From: Usitatibacter sp.
GTDB taxonomy: Bacteria > Pseudomonadota > Gammaproteobacteria > Burkholderiales > Usitatibacteraceae
Length of the DNA: 64,000 nt
Assembly: GCA_035624355.1 (NCBI GenBank)
Contig: DASPRQ010000012.1
Location: 22,782-86,781, forward strand
Direction of reading: 5' to 3'
Position 1 is the first letter of the stretch, and each line of letters opens with the position of its first letter. Made by a program: the position numbers and the translations under genes. Positions 1 to 9,624 of the stretch are shown piece after piece. The notes under the pieces are model-generated. The model ran no database searches and was not told the origin of the DNA. It saw nothing but the letters and a program-made list of their open reading frames with translations.

Positions 1-540
1 CACGGCATCCAGCGCAACATCGCCCTGGGGCCGCTGGTGCGCACCGCGAGCGCGACGACCGACGGCGCCAATGGCTCGGCGTTCCTGAGCGCCGGCTACG
101 ATTTCCGCCTCGGGGACCTCTCCATCGGGCCCACGGTGGCCGTCACGAGCCAGGACGTCACGGTGAACGCGTTCGACGAGGCGGGCGCCGGCTCCGCGGA
201 CCTGCACATCGCGCAGCAGACGCGGCGCTCGGAAATCTGCAGCGGCGGCATCCGCGCCTCCTACGCGCTCGGCCGCTGGACGCCGTGGCTGCGCGTGACC
301 GCCGACAGGGAGCAGAAGGACGATCCGCGCTTCGTGACCGCCTCGCCCCTGTCGATCCCGACCGGGAACAGCTACTCGATCCCGGCCTACATGCCCGATA
401 CGAGCTTCGTGACGACCGCGCTCGGGCTGAACGGCCATCTCGGGGACCAGCTGGCGGTGAGCCTCACGTACTACAACGTCTCCGGGCGCTCGGGCATCAA
501 GGAGGACGGCTTCGGCGGCACCGTCTCGTACCGGTTCTGA
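1..540 (+). CDS. Autotransporter outer-membrane beta-barrel, C-terminal part (5' end outside window)
   Basis: Frame is open from base 1. Alternating beta-strand pattern (AFLSAGYDF, GGIRASY, VSLTYY) and terminal aromatic residue (GGTVSYRF) typical of BAM substrates. Confidence 0.75.
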   Translation, partial: HGIQRNIALGPLVRTASATTDGANGSAFLSAGYDFRLGDLSIGPTVAVTSQDVTVNAFDEAGAGSADLHIAQQTRRSEICSGGIRASYALGRWTPWLRVTADREQKDDPRFVTASPLSIPTGNSYSIPAYMPDTSFVTTALGLNGHLGDQLAVSLTYYNVSGRSGIKEDGFGGTVSYRF

Positions 541-553
541 GGCGCGGCGGCCG

Positions 554-838
554 CTACGGCGCCTCGTCCGGGGGGCGCTGCGCGAGGAAGCCGCGCGCCT
601 CCTCCTGCAGCGCCCGGTACGAGCGCTCCCACTCGCCGCCGCGCGGCACGGCGCGCGCGATCCGCTCCAGGAACGCCTCGTAGCGCGCGCATCGCTCCCG
701 CGCGGCCTCGAGCGCCTCGTCGTGCTCGAAGCCGTAGACGATCTCGATGCGGCCGAAGTCGCACACGCCCACGCAGTCCCGGGGCACCTCGATGCGCCCG
801 CATCCGGCGCATTGCCACGCCTTCACCCGTTCGGCCAT
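554..838 (-). CDS. Small hypothetical protein with N-terminal Cys cluster (CxxC-x8-CxxxC)
   Basis: 94 aa, WQCAGCGRIEVPRDCVGVC followed by a helical tail. High GC3; candidate -10 TATCGT at 869-874 on the minus strand. Confidence 0.7.
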   Translation of the reverse strand: MAERVKAWQCAGCGRIEVPRDCVGVCDFGRIEIVYGFEHDEALEAARERCARYEAFLERIARAVPRGGEWERSYRALQEEARGFLAQRPPDEAP

Positions 839-900
839 CTCGCCACCCGTCGACCTTGTCCTTCGCCTACGATAGCGCGCCGGACCATAATGGGGGCGCC

Positions 901-1215
901 ATGCCGATGAAGCGCATCCACGCCGCCGCGAACCTGCCCGAAGCCCACCTGCTGCTCGACCTCCTCGCGCAGCGCGGCATCCGCGCGCGCGTGTTCAACG
1001 CCAACGCCTCGAGCCTCGCGGGGGAGCTTCCGATCGAGGCCTCGCTCCCCCAGGTCTGGGTGGACGATGCCCGCGACGCGGCCCGGGCCCGGAAGCTGAT
1101 CGACGAGTACCTGCGCTCGGGCACGGGCGCGCCCGTGAAATGCCCCGCCTGCGGCGAGGAGAACCCCTCGTCGTTCGACCTGTGCTGGGCCTGCGGCGCC
1201 GGCCTCGAGCGCTAG
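901..1215 (+). CDS. DUF2007-like (putative signal-transducing) protein with C-terminal zinc ribbon
   Basis: MKRIHAAANLPEAHLLLDLLAQRGIRARVFN N-terminus; CPACGEENPSSFDLCWACG zinc finger. Start chosen at ATG 901 after CATAAT 886-891. Confidence 0.8.
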   Translation: MPMKRIHAAANLPEAHLLLDLLAQRGIRARVFNANASSLAGELPIEASLPQVWVDDARDAARARKLIDEYLRSGTGAPVKCPACGEENPSSFDLCWACGAGLER

Positions 1216-1254
1216 CCGCACGGGCCCGCGGCACCGGGACGGCCGCAGCGGGCA

Positions 1255-1965
1255 TCAGACCCTCAGGGTGAATGGCGTGAACTTCGTGTGCCGGTCGTAG
1301 TAGTCCTCGTGCTCGGAGCGCTTGAGCGCCCCCACGATCCAGTAGGTGGCCGGCGTGAGCACCACCTCCACGCCCACCTTCGCGACGAACTGCGCCAGCA
1401 TCACCACGGGCAGCTTCTCGTTCGGCACGATGCCGGTGCCGTAGAGGGCGAGCGGGTAGAAGATGAGCGAGTCCACGCCCTCGCCGAAGATCGTCGAGCC
1501 GATGGTGCGGGTCCAGAGCCAGCGGCCCGAAGTCATGATCTTCATCTTCGCGAGCACGAAGGAGTTCACGAACTCCCCGCAGAAGTACGCCACCATCGAG
1601 GCCGAGGCGATGCGCCACGTGGAGCCGAAGGCGACCTCGTAGGCGTCCTGGTGCTTCCAGAACGGCGCGGGCGGCAGGCCGACGACGACCCAGGACATGA
1701 ACGACGCGAAGGCGAGCCCCCCGAACCCGGCCCAGATCACGCGGCGGCTGCGCGCGTAGCCGTACACCTCGGTGAGGACGTCGCCGAAGACGTAGGAGAT
1801 CGGGAAGAACAGCACCCCGGCCCCGAACGTGAGCGTGCCCACGACGGGCAGGCTCACCTGCGCGATCTTGGCCGGCCCGATCAGGTTGGAGCACACGAGC
1901 ACCACCACGAACGCCGCCATCACGAACTCGTAGTACTTGTACGAGCGCCGCGCGTGGGTCGTCAT
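1255..1965 (-). CDS. yhhQ: Queuosine precursor (preQ0/preQ1) transporter, VUT/YhhQ family
   Basis: Multi-TM protein with SNLIGPAKI, FPISYVFGDVLTEVYGY and RTIGSTIFGEGVDSLIF motifs characteristic of the family. Confidence 0.85.
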   Translation of the reverse strand: MTTHARRSYKYYEFVMAAFVVVLVCSNLIGPAKIAQVSLPVVGTLTFGAGVLFFPISYVFGDVLTEVYGYARSRRVIWAGFGGLAFASFMSWVVVGLPPAPFWKHQDAYEVAFGSTWRIASASMVAYFCGEFVNSFVLAKMKIMTSGRWLWTRTIGSTIFGEGVDSLIFYPLALYGTGIVPNEKLPVVMLAQFVAKVGVEVVLTPATYWIVGALKRSEHEDYYDRHTKFTPFTLRV

Positions 1966-2759
1966 CGGGCGGCCCTTCCCCGTTCCCGCCGCTGGCGAAG
2001 CGCCTCGAAGAGCGCGATCGAGCCCGCGGTGCCCGCGTTGAGCGACTCGACCGGTCCCGCCATGGGGATGCGCGCGCGCACGCGCGCCGAGGCGAGGAGC
2101 GGCGCGGTGAGGCCCGCGCCCTCGTTGCCCACGACGAGCGCCACGCTCCCGCGCAGGTCGACCTCGTAGAGCGAGCGCTCGGCCTCACCCGCGAGCGCGA
2201 CCGACATTCCGCGGTAGCGCGCGAGGAAGTCCGCCAGGTCCGCTCCCTCGACGATGTTGAGCGCGAAGTGCGCCCCCATGGCCGCGCGCAGCACCTTGGG
2301 CGACCACGCGAAGGCGCAGCGCCGCGAGAGCAGCACGTCGCGCGCCCCGGCGGCCGCGGCGCTGCGCAGCAGCGTGCCCACGTTGCCCGGGTCCTGGATG
2401 TCCTCGAGCGCGAGCACGAAAGGCGCGTCGTCGGCGACCGGCGCGCCCGGCGGCGTCCTTACCACGGCGATCACGCCCGTGGGGGAATCGACCGTCGAGA
2501 GCGAGGCGAAGAGCGCGTCCGAGAGCAGCGTGGCCGGCGCGGGCCCGCAGCGCTCGACGAGCCGCGCCACCTCGGGGTCCGCATGCCCGGCGCGGCTCAC
2601 CATCACCGCCTCGGGCTTGTGCCCCGCCTCCAGGAAGGCGGCGAGCAGGTGCGCCCCGTCGAGCACCGAGGTGCCGCTCGCCCGGCGCGCCGAGGTGCTC
2701 GAGACGAGCCGCGCGACCGCCTTGAAGGCGGCGTTGTCGCGGGAGGAGACGGTCTTCAC
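1962..2759 (-). CDS. TrmH/SpoU family RNA methyltransferase
   Basis: IQDPGNVGTLLRSAAAAG, LVVGNEGAGL and ESLNAG SPOUT motifs; downstream of rnhB. Confidence 0.92.
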   Translation of the reverse strand: MKTVSSRDNAAFKAVARLVSSTSARRASGTSVLDGAHLLAAFLEAGHKPEAVMVSRAGHADPEVARLVERCGPAPATLLSDALFASLSTVDSPTGVIAVVRTPPGAPVADDAPFVLALEDIQDPGNVGTLLRSAAAAGARDVLLSRRCAFAWSPKVLRAAMGAHFALNIVEGADLADFLARYRGMSVALAGEAERSLYEVDLRGSVALVVGNEGAGLTAPLLASARVRARIPMAGPVESLNAGTAGSIALFEALRQRRERGRAAR

Positions 2760-2760
2760 C

Positions 2761-3375
2761 TCAGAACGGCAGGTCGCACTGGAGCAGGAGCTTCACCGGC
2801 TCGAAGCTGCGCCGGTGGATCTCGCACGGCCCCAGGGCCCGCAGCGCCGCGAGGTGCTCGGGCGTGCCGTAGCCCTTGTGGCTCGCGAACCCGTAGCCGG
2901 GGAAGCGCCGGTCGAGGAGCGCCATCTCCGCGTCGCGCGCCGTCTTGGCGAGGATGGAGGCGGCCGAGATCGCCTCGACCGTGGCGTCGCCGTCCACGAT
3001 GGCCCGGCAGCGGCAGGCCACCGGCGGCGCGTGCAGGCCGTCGACGAGCACCTCCTCGGGCTCGACGCCGAGCGCCTCGATCGCGCGGCGCATCGCGGCG
3101 AGGCTCGCCTGGAGGATGTTGATCGTGTCGATCTCCTCGACGCTCGCCGAGGCGACCGCCCAGGCCGTCGCGCGCGAGCGGATGCGCCGCGCGAGGCGCT
3201 CGCGCACCGCCGGGGCGAGCACCTTGGAGTCCGCGAGGCCCCCGATCGGGCGGCCCGGGTCGAGGATCACCGCCGCGGCGAACACGCTGCCCGCGAGCGG
3301 CCCGCGGCCGGCCTCGTCAACCCCGCACAGCAGCGCGGAGCCCGGGACCGGGGGAGGAAGGGACCGAGGCATCAC
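2761..3375 (-). CDS. rnhB: Ribonuclease HII
   Basis: [19 protein letters not shown] and AASILAK...HKGYGT motifs. Start is GTG 3375 or ATG 3372. Confidence 0.97.
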   Translation of the reverse strand: MMPRSLPPPVPGSALLCGVDEAGRGPLAGSVFAAAVILDPGRPIGGLADSKVLAPAVRERLARRIRSRATAWAVASASVEEIDTINILQASLAAMRRAIEALGVEPEEVLVDGLHAPPVACRCRAIVDGDATVEAISAASILAKTARDAEMALLDRRFPGYGFASHKGYGTPEHLAALRALGPCEIHRRSFEPVKLLLQCDLPF

Positions 3376-4510
3376 GTGCGGAAAGATACGGCATCAGGGC
3401 CCGGACCACACGCTCGTCGTGGCCCGCCGCGAGGCGGCGGTGCAGCGCCGCGAAGCGCGAGCGCAGGCGCTCGCGCGCCGCGCGGTTGTCCAGCCAGTTG
3501 AGCAGGGCCTGGGCGAGGTTCGCGGGCGTAGCGTCGTCCTGCAGCAGCTCCGGGACGATGAACTCCCCCGCGAGGATGTTGGGCAGGCTCACCCACGGCA
3601 GGAGCGCCTTGCGCTTGACCAGCCAGTACGTAAGGGGCTTCACGCGGTAGGTGACCACCATCGGGCAGCGGGCGAGCGCGGCCTCCAGCGTCGCGGTGCC
3701 GCTCGCGACCAGGGCCACCTCGGCGGCCTCGAGCGCGAGCCGGGCGTGGCCGAAGAGCGTCGTGATCGGCAGCTCCCGCGCATCGAGCTCGTAGACCCGG
3801 CGCTCGAAGTACTCGCGGGTCTCGCGCGTGGCGAGCGGCACGAAGAAGTGCAGCCCGGGGCGGCTCGCGTGGAGCTCGCGCGCGGTCTCGATCACGAGGT
3901 CCGCGTGCATCTCGAGCTCGCTCAGGCGGCTGCCCGGCAGCAGCGCCACGGGGACCGCGCCTCCGGCAAGCCGCAGCTGCGTGCGCGCCTCCGCCGCGTC
4001 GGGCTTGAGCGGCATCGCGTCGGCGAGCGGATGGCCCACGTAGTCCACGGGGATGCCCGCCCTGCGGTAGATGTCCTCCTCGAAGGGAAACATCACGAGC
4101 ATGCGGTCCACCGAGCGGCCGATGGTGTGGATGCGGTGCGCCCGCCACGCCCAGAGCGAGGGGCTCACGTAGTGCACGGTCGCGATGCCCGCCGCCTTGA
4201 GCTTCGCCTCGAGGCCCAGGTTGAAGTCCGGCGCGTCGATGCCGACGAAGAGGTCGGGGGGATCGGCGAGGAGCCGGCGCGCGAGCTCGCGGCGGATCGC
4301 GAGGATCCCCCGCAGGTGCCTCAGCACCTCGACGTAGCCGCGCACGGCGAGCTTCTCCATGGGGAAGAGGGAGCTCGCGCCCTCGGCCATCATCCTCGGG
4401 CCCGCGATCCCGGTGAACTCGAGGCCCGGCCAGTGCGCCTTCAGCGCGCGGATGAGCGCGGCCCCGAGCAGGTCCCCCGAGGCTTCGCCGGCGACGACCG
4501 CGACCCTCAC
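3317..4510 (-). CDS. lpxB: Lipid-A-disaccharide synthase
   Basis: [49 protein letters not shown] start overlaps the lpxA stop. Confidence 0.97.
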   Translation of the reverse strand: MRVAVVAGEASGDLLGAALIRALKAHWPGLEFTGIAGPRMMAEGASSLFPMEKLAVRGYVEVLRHLRGILAIRRELARRLLADPPDLFVGIDAPDFNLGLEAKLKAAGIATVHYVSPSLWAWRAHRIHTIGRSVDRMLVMFPFEEDIYRRAGIPVDYVGHPLADAMPLKPDAAEARTQLRLAGGAVPVALLPGSRLSELEMHADLVIETARELHASRPGLHFFVPLATRETREYFERRVYELDARELPITTLFGHARLALEAAEVALVASGTATLEAALARCPMVVTYRVKPLTYWLVKRKALLPWVSLPNILAGEFIVPELLQDDATPANLAQALLNWLDNRAARERLRSRFAALHRRLAAGHDERVVRALMPYLSARDASVPSSPGPGLRAAVRG

Positions 4511-5283
4511 CGCAGCAGGCCCCGCGTCGAGCCGTCGAGGAACTCGACGAGGGCGCGCACCTCCGGGGTCTCGAGGGCCTGCCGCTCGAGCTCCTGGCGC
4601 GCGTCGGCGAGCGTGAGGCCCGACTTGAAGAGCGTCTTGTACGCGCGCTTGAGGCCCGCGATGGCCTCGGGGGAGAACCCGCGCCGGCGCAGCCCCTCGG
4701 AGTTGATGCCGTGGGTGGCGACGGGGCTGCCGCCCACGGTCACGTAGGGCGCCACGTCCTGCAGCACGATGCTGCCTCCGCCCACCATCGCGTGCGCGCC
4801 GACCTTCACGAACTGGTGGAAGGCGGAATGGCCCCCGAGGACCGCCCAGTCGCCGACGTGCACGTGGCCGCCCAGGGTCGTGAGGTTCGCGAAGACCGTG
4901 TGGCTGCCCACCTGGCAGTCGTGGGCGACGTGGCAATAGGCCATGATCCAGTTGTCCGAGCCCAGGCGCGTCACGCCGGCGTCCTGCACGGTGCCGCGGT
5001 TGATGGTCGCGAACTCGCGGATCGTGTTGCCGTCGCCGATCTCGAGAGCCGTGGGCTCGCCCTTGTACTTCTTGTCCTGGTTCGCCTCCCCGATCGAGCA
5101 GAAGTGGAAGATGCGGTTCCCGCGGCCGATGCGCGTGCGGCCCGTGACCACGTTGTGCGATCCGATGGTCGTGCCGGCGCCGATCTCCACCTCGCCGTCG
5201 ACGACGGTGTAGGGACCGATGGTCGCGTCCTCGGCGATCCTCGCCTTCGAGTCGACGACGGCTGTGGGGTGGATGCGGCTCAC
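4507..5283 (-). CDS. lpxA: UDP-N-acetylglucosamine acyltransferase
   Basis: IHPTAVV, hexapeptide repeats, REFATINRGT, MAYCHVAHDC. Confidence 0.98.
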   Translation of the reverse strand: MSRIHPTAVVDSKARIAEDATIGPYTVVDGEVEIGAGTTIGSHNVVTGRTRIGRGNRIFHFCSIGEANQDKKYKGEPTALEIGDGNTIREFATINRGTVQDAGVTRLGSDNWIMAYCHVAHDCQVGSHTVFANLTTLGGHVHVGDWAVLGGHSAFHQFVKVGAHAMVGGGSIVLQDVAPYVTVGGSPVATHGINSEGLRRRGFSPEAIAGLKRAYKTLFKSGLTLADARQELERQALETPEVRALVEFLDGSTRGLLR

Positions 5284-5287
5284 GGTC

Positions 5288-5734
5288 TCACAGCTCGCGC
5301 AGCGCGCAGAGGAGCTCGGCCTCCGAGACCACGGCGTCGCCCACCTTCGCGACGGTGCTGTACTTGCCGATGCCGCGCCCCTGGCGCCCCTGGGTCACCT
5401 CGAGGACGAGCGTGTCGCCCGGGACGACCGGGCGCTTGAAGCGCGCGCCGTCGATGCCCACGAAGTAGTAGACCCACTTGCCGTCGTTCTTGTGCCCGAG
5501 GCTGCGCAGCGACAGCACGGCGGCCGCCTGCGCCATCGCCTCCACGATGAGCACGCCGGGCATCACCGCGTAGTGCGGGAAGTGCCCCTCGAAGAACGGC
5601 TCGTTCGCGGTCACGTTCTTCACCGCGACCAGGCGCTTGTCCTTCTCGTAGGCGATGACGCGGTCGATCAGCAGGAACGGGTAGCGGTGCGGGAGATACT
5701 GCTTGATCTCCTCAATCGTCATCGTCTCGTCCAA
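5288..5734 (-). CDS. fabZ: 3-hydroxyacyl-ACP dehydratase
   Basis: [34 protein letters not shown]. Start is TTG 5734 or ATG 5722. Confidence 0.97.
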   Translation of the reverse strand: MDETMTIEEIKQYLPHRYPFLLIDRVIAYEKDKRLVAVKNVTANEPFFEGHFPHYAVMPGVLIVEAMAQAAAVLSLRSLGHKNDGKWVYYFVGIDGARFKRPVVPGDTLVLEVTQGRQGRGIGKYSTVAKVGDAVVSEAELLCALREL

Positions 5735-6749
5735 GGTCCTCTCCCGAAGGGGCGCTCGCGGCGCGCCGGGCGATGCGGTCGAGCCGGCGCAGGTGCGCGG
5801 CGTTGCGGAGCCAGTCCTTGTGCGCCATCATCGGCAGCCCCGAGGTGTACGTCCCGGGCCGCGTGATGGGCTTCGCGACCAGCGTCATGCCCGAGATCGT
5901 GACGCGGTCGCAGATCGAGATGTGCCCGACGATCCCCACGCCGCCGCCGATCATGCAGTCGCGGCCGATGGTGACGCTGCCCGAGATGCCGGTGCAGCCG
6001 GCGATCACCGTGTGCGCGCCGATCACGCAGTTGTGGGCGATCTGGATCTGGTTGTCGAGCTTCACGCCGTCGCCGATCACCGTGTCGTCGAGCGCCCCGC
6101 GGTCGATGGTGGTGTTGGCGCCGACCTCCACGTCGTCGCCGATGCGCACGCCCCCCACCTGCGGGATCTTGATCCAGCGGCCCGCCTCGCGCGCCATCCC
6201 GAAGCCGTCGGCCCCGATGACCGCCCCCGAGTGCACGATGCAGCGCGCCCCCAGGCGGCAGCCGTCGTAGATCGTGACGGACGGATGCAGGCGCGTGCCC
6301 TCGCCCACCTCGACGTTCGCGCCAAGCACCGAATGGGCGCCGACCGACGCGCCGGCGGCCACGCGGCTTCCCGCGCCCACGACCGCGAAGGCGCCCACCT
6401 CGGCCGCGGGGTCGACGCGCGCGCCCGGGTGGACCTGGGCGGTCGGATGCACGCCGGGCGAGACCGCCGGCTGCGGGTGGAAGAGCGCCGCGGCCCGCGC
6501 ATAGTACGCGTAGGGGTTGTCCGAAACGATGCGCGGCCGGTCGAGCGCGTCGCGCTCCCCGAGCCCCACGATCACGGCGCCGGCGCGCGTGGTGGCGAGC
6601 TTCGGGCGGTAGCGGGGATTGGCGAGGAAGGAGATGTCCGAGGGACCCGCCGACTCGAGGGTCGCGACCCCCGTGAGGGGCGAGGACGCCTCGCCCACCG
6701 CCTCACCCCCGAGGCGCGCGACGATTTCGCGGAGCGTGAGGGCGGCCAT
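5712..6749 (-). CDS. lpxD: UDP-3-O-acyl-glucosamine N-acyltransferase
   Basis: N-terminal ISFLANPRY, hexapeptide repeats, [18 protein letters not shown]. Confidence 0.97.
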   Translation of the reverse strand: MAALTLREIVARLGGEAVGEASSPLTGVATLESAGPSDISFLANPRYRPKLATTRAGAVIVGLGERDALDRPRIVSDNPYAYYARAAALFHPQPAVSPGVHPTAQVHPGARVDPAAEVGAFAVVGAGSRVAAGASVGAHSVLGANVEVGEGTRLHPSVTIYDGCRLGARCIVHSGAVIGADGFGMAREAGRWIKIPQVGGVRIGDDVEVGANTTIDRGALDDTVIGDGVKLDNQIQIAHNCVIGAHTVIAGCTGISGSVTIGRDCMIGGGVGIVGHISICDRVTISGMTLVAKPITRPGTYTSGLPMMAHKDWLRNAAHLRRLDRIARRAASAPSGEDLGRDDDD

Positions 6750-6758
6750 GGGCGCGGC

Positions 6759-7250
6759 TCACTTGTCGGCGAGCGCCTTGATGACCTTGTCGGTGATGTC
6801 GATGCGCGAGCTCGCGAACACCGCCTCCTGCACGATGAGGTCGAAGTGCTCCTGCTCGGCGATCTGGTTGATCACCCGGGTGGCGCGCTCCTGCACGGCG
6901 GCGAGCTCCTCGTTGCGGCGCAGGTTGAGGTCCTCGCGGATCTCGCGCTGCTTCCTCTGGAAGTCGCGGCTGATGTCGGCGAGCTGGCGTTCCTTCTCGC
7001 GGCGCGCGGCCTCGGTCATCGTCACGTTGTCGCGCTCGAGCTCGGCCTGGAGGTCGCGCCCCTGCTTCTCGAGGCGGGAGAGCTCGGCGTTGCGCGCCGC
7101 GAACTCGCGCTCGAGCTTCTGCTGCGCCCGCTTGGCGGGCGCGGCCTCGCGGAAGACCCGCTCGGTGTTCACGAAGCCGATCTTGAGCTCCGCCGCCTGC
7201 GCGGCGGACGCCGCCAGTGCCAGCACCACGATTGCCATGACTGTCTTCAT
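6759..7250 (-). CDS. skp: Periplasmic chaperone Skp/OmpH
   Basis: Signal peptide, LKIGFVN, long coiled coil, DITDKVIK; lies between bamA and lpxD. Confidence 0.93.
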   Translation of the reverse strand: MKTVMAIVVLALAASAAQAAELKIGFVNTERVFREAAPAKRAQQKLEREFAARNAELSRLEKQGRDLQAELERDNVTMTEAARREKERQLADISRDFQRKQREIREDLNLRRNEELAAVQERATRVINQIAEQEHFDLIVQEAVFASSRIDITDKVIKALADK

Positions 7251-7319
7251 CTCGCCGCTCCGTGACCAGGGGCGCCGCGCGCGCGCCTCCCGCCGTTGCC
7301 GATCTTATTCCATCCCGGG

Positions 7320-9620
7320 TCAGAATACCTTGCCCAGCTGGAACTGGAACCGCTCGATCTGGTCCCCCGGGCTGGTGTGGAACGGGACCGCGAACGAGAA
7401 GCGCAGGGGACCCACGGGCGAATCCCAGCTCACCGCGATGCCCGTGGAGAAGCGCACGTCCTTCACCTGGATCTTGTCGTCCGCGCCCCACACGTCGCCG
7501 AAGTCGATGAACGTGGACAGGCGCACGTTCTTATCCTTGTAGCCCGGGAGCGGGAAGAGCGCCGCGAGGCTGCCCGTGAACATGCGGTTGCCGCCGAGGA
7601 TGTCCCCGTTGGTGTCGCGGGGGCCCAGCGTCGCGGTCTGGTAGCCGCGCACCGAGTCGACGCCGCCCGCGTAGAAGTTCTTGAAGAACGGCAGGTCGTG
7701 GCCCCGGTAGCCGTTCGCGTAGCCGAGCTGGGCGCCCGCGAAGAAGGTGAGCCACTCCAGCCACGGCGGCGTGTAGAGGGCCTGGCCGTTGTAGTTGAGG
7801 CGGTAGTACGTGAGGTCGCCCGGCGGGAAGCCCACCTCCGCGCCGACCTCGTGGTACCAGCCCAGGGTGGGCCAGATGAGGCTGTCGCGCGTGTCGTGCG
7901 AGTAGGAGACGTTGGTGCGGAACGTGCTCGTCTTCTCGCCGAACTCGTTGATGAAGTCGATGTAGCGCTGGGGCGCGGTCGCGGGGTCGATGGTGAGCCG
8001 CGTGCGCTCGGCCGTGAACCCGAGGTTCACCGTGTCGTACTCGCTCACGGGAAGCCCGAAGCGCACGCCGATGCCGTCCGAGTACGTGTGGTAGGTCGCC
8101 AGCCCCGTGAGGGTCGCCGTGTCCACGTCGCGCCGGAACAGGTCGAAGCCGCGCGAGACGCCGTCGGCCGTCCAGTACGGGTTCACGTAGCTGAACGAGT
8201 AGACCTTGTTCACGTCGCCGTTGCTCAGCTGCAGCGCGATGAGGTTGCCGGTGCCGAGGAAGTTCGACTGGGAGATGGAAGCCTGCACGGTGAGCTTCTC
8301 GGCCGCGGAGTAGCCCAGGCCGAACGTGAGCGCGCCCGTGTTGCGCTCCGTGACCGTCACGTTCACGTCCACCTGGTCGGTGGTGCCCGGCACGGCCGGC
8401 GTCTCGATGCTCACGTCCGAGAAGTACCCGGTGCGCTGCAGCCGCTCCTTGGAGCGCGCGATCTTCTCGAGCGAGTACCACGAGCCCTCGAGCTGGCGCA
8501 GCTCCCGCCGGATCACCTCGTCCTGGGTCTTCTGGTTGCCGACGATGTTCACGCGGCGCACGTAGACGCGCCGGCCCGGCTCGACGAAGAACGTGAACCC
8601 CGTGATCCGCTTGGCGCGGTCGAGGTCGGGCACGGGGTTCACGTTGGCGAACGAGTAGCCGTCGTTGCCCAGCCGGTCGGTGATCTTCTTGGTCGCCTCG
8701 ACGATCTTCTCGCGCGAGAAGACGTCGCCGGGCTTGATCTTCACGAGGCCCCTCAGCTCCGCCTCGGGGACGATGAGGTTGCCGCTGAACTTGATGTCGC
8801 CCACGTGGTAGACCGGCCCCTCGTGGATCGCGATCGTGATGTAGATCTGGTTGCGGTCGGGGGTGATCGAGACCAGCGTGGACTCGATCGAGAACTCGAG
8901 GTAGCCGCGGTTCAGGTAGAAGGAGCGCAGCTGCTCGAGGTCCGCGGTGAGCTGCTGCTTCGAGTACTGGTCGTTCTTGGTGAACCAGGTGAGCCACCCG
9001 GGCGTGGTGAGCTTCATCTGGCGCAGCAGCTCCTTCTCGCCGAAGGCCTTCGCGCCGATGATGTTGATGTCCGCGATCTTGGTCACCTCGCCCTCGGTGA
9101 TGTCGAAGCGCAGCGCCACGCGGTTGCGCTCGAGCGGCGTCACCGTGGTGCGCACGACCGCCCCGTAGTAGCCGCGGCTCGTGTACTGGCGCTTGAGCTC
9201 CTTCTCCGCGCGGTCGAGCAGCGACTTGTCGTAGATCTTGGATTCCGAGATGCCCCCCTGCTTCAGGCCGTCCGTGAGGTTGCTCTTGGTGAACTCCTTC
9301 GCGCCCTCGATCTCGATCGAGGCGATCGCGGGCCGCTCGCGCACGGAGACGATGAGCACGTTGCCGTCGGCCTCGAGGCGCACGTCGGAATAGAAACCCG
9401 TCGCGTAGAGCGCGCGGATCGACTCGGCCGCCTTCTCGTCGTCGATGCGCTCGCCCGCCTTGACCGGCAGGTAAGTGAACACCGTGCCCGCCTCGGTGCG
9501 CTGCACGCCCTCCACGCGGATGTCCTTGATCACGAAGGGCTCGAAGGCCATCGCCGGCCAAGAGATGGCCGCCGCGAGCGCCAGTGCGAGGCGGAAGCGG
9601 AGGATGCCGATACGCGTCAA
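7320..9620 (-). CDS. bamA: Outer membrane protein assembly factor BamA
   Basis: FEPFVIKDIRVEGVQR POTRA start, VRGY motif, SPVGPLRFS...FQFQLG C-terminus. TTG start chosen just after the rseP stop. Confidence 0.97.
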   Translation of the reverse strand: MTRIGILRFRLALALAAAISWPAMAFEPFVIKDIRVEGVQRTEAGTVFTYLPVKAGERIDDEKAAESIRALYATGFYSDVRLEADGNVLIVSVRERPAIASIEIEGAKEFTKSNLTDGLKQGGISESKIYDKSLLDRAEKELKRQYTSRGYYGAVVRTTVTPLERNRVALRFDITEGEVTKIADINIIGAKAFGEKELLRQMKLTTPGWLTWFTKNDQYSKQQLTADLEQLRSFYLNRGYLEFSIESTLVSITPDRNQIYITIAIHEGPVYHVGDIKFSGNLIVPEAELRGLVKIKPGDVFSREKIVEATKKITDRLGNDGYSFANVNPVPDLDRAKRITGFTFFVEPGRRVYVRRVNIVGNQKTQDEVIRRELRQLEGSWYSLEKIARSKERLQRTGYFSDVSIETPAVPGTTDQVDVNVTVTERNTGALTFGLGYSAAEKLTVQASISQSNFLGTGNLIALQLSNGDVNKVYSFSYVNPYWTADGVSRGFDLFRRDVDTATLTGLATYHTYSDGIGVRFGLPVSEYDTVNLGFTAERTRLTIDPATAPQRYIDFINEFGEKTSTFRTNVSYSHDTRDSLIWPTLGWYHEVGAEVGFPPGDLTYYRLNYNGQALYTPPWLEWLTFFAGAQLGYANGYRGHDLPFFKNFYAGGVDSVRGYQTATLGPRDTNGDILGGNRMFTGSLAALFPLPGYKDKNVRLSTFIDFGDVWGADDKIQVKDVRFSTGIAVSWDSPVGPLRFSFAVPFHTSPGDQIERFQFQLGKVF

Positions 9621-9624
9621 GGGA

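Noticed and set aside
6501-6506. TACTAT hexamer inside lpxD as an internal promoter
   Set aside because: It is explained by a Tyr-Tyr dipeptide, lies about 770 nt from the next start, and has only weak supporting codon bias.
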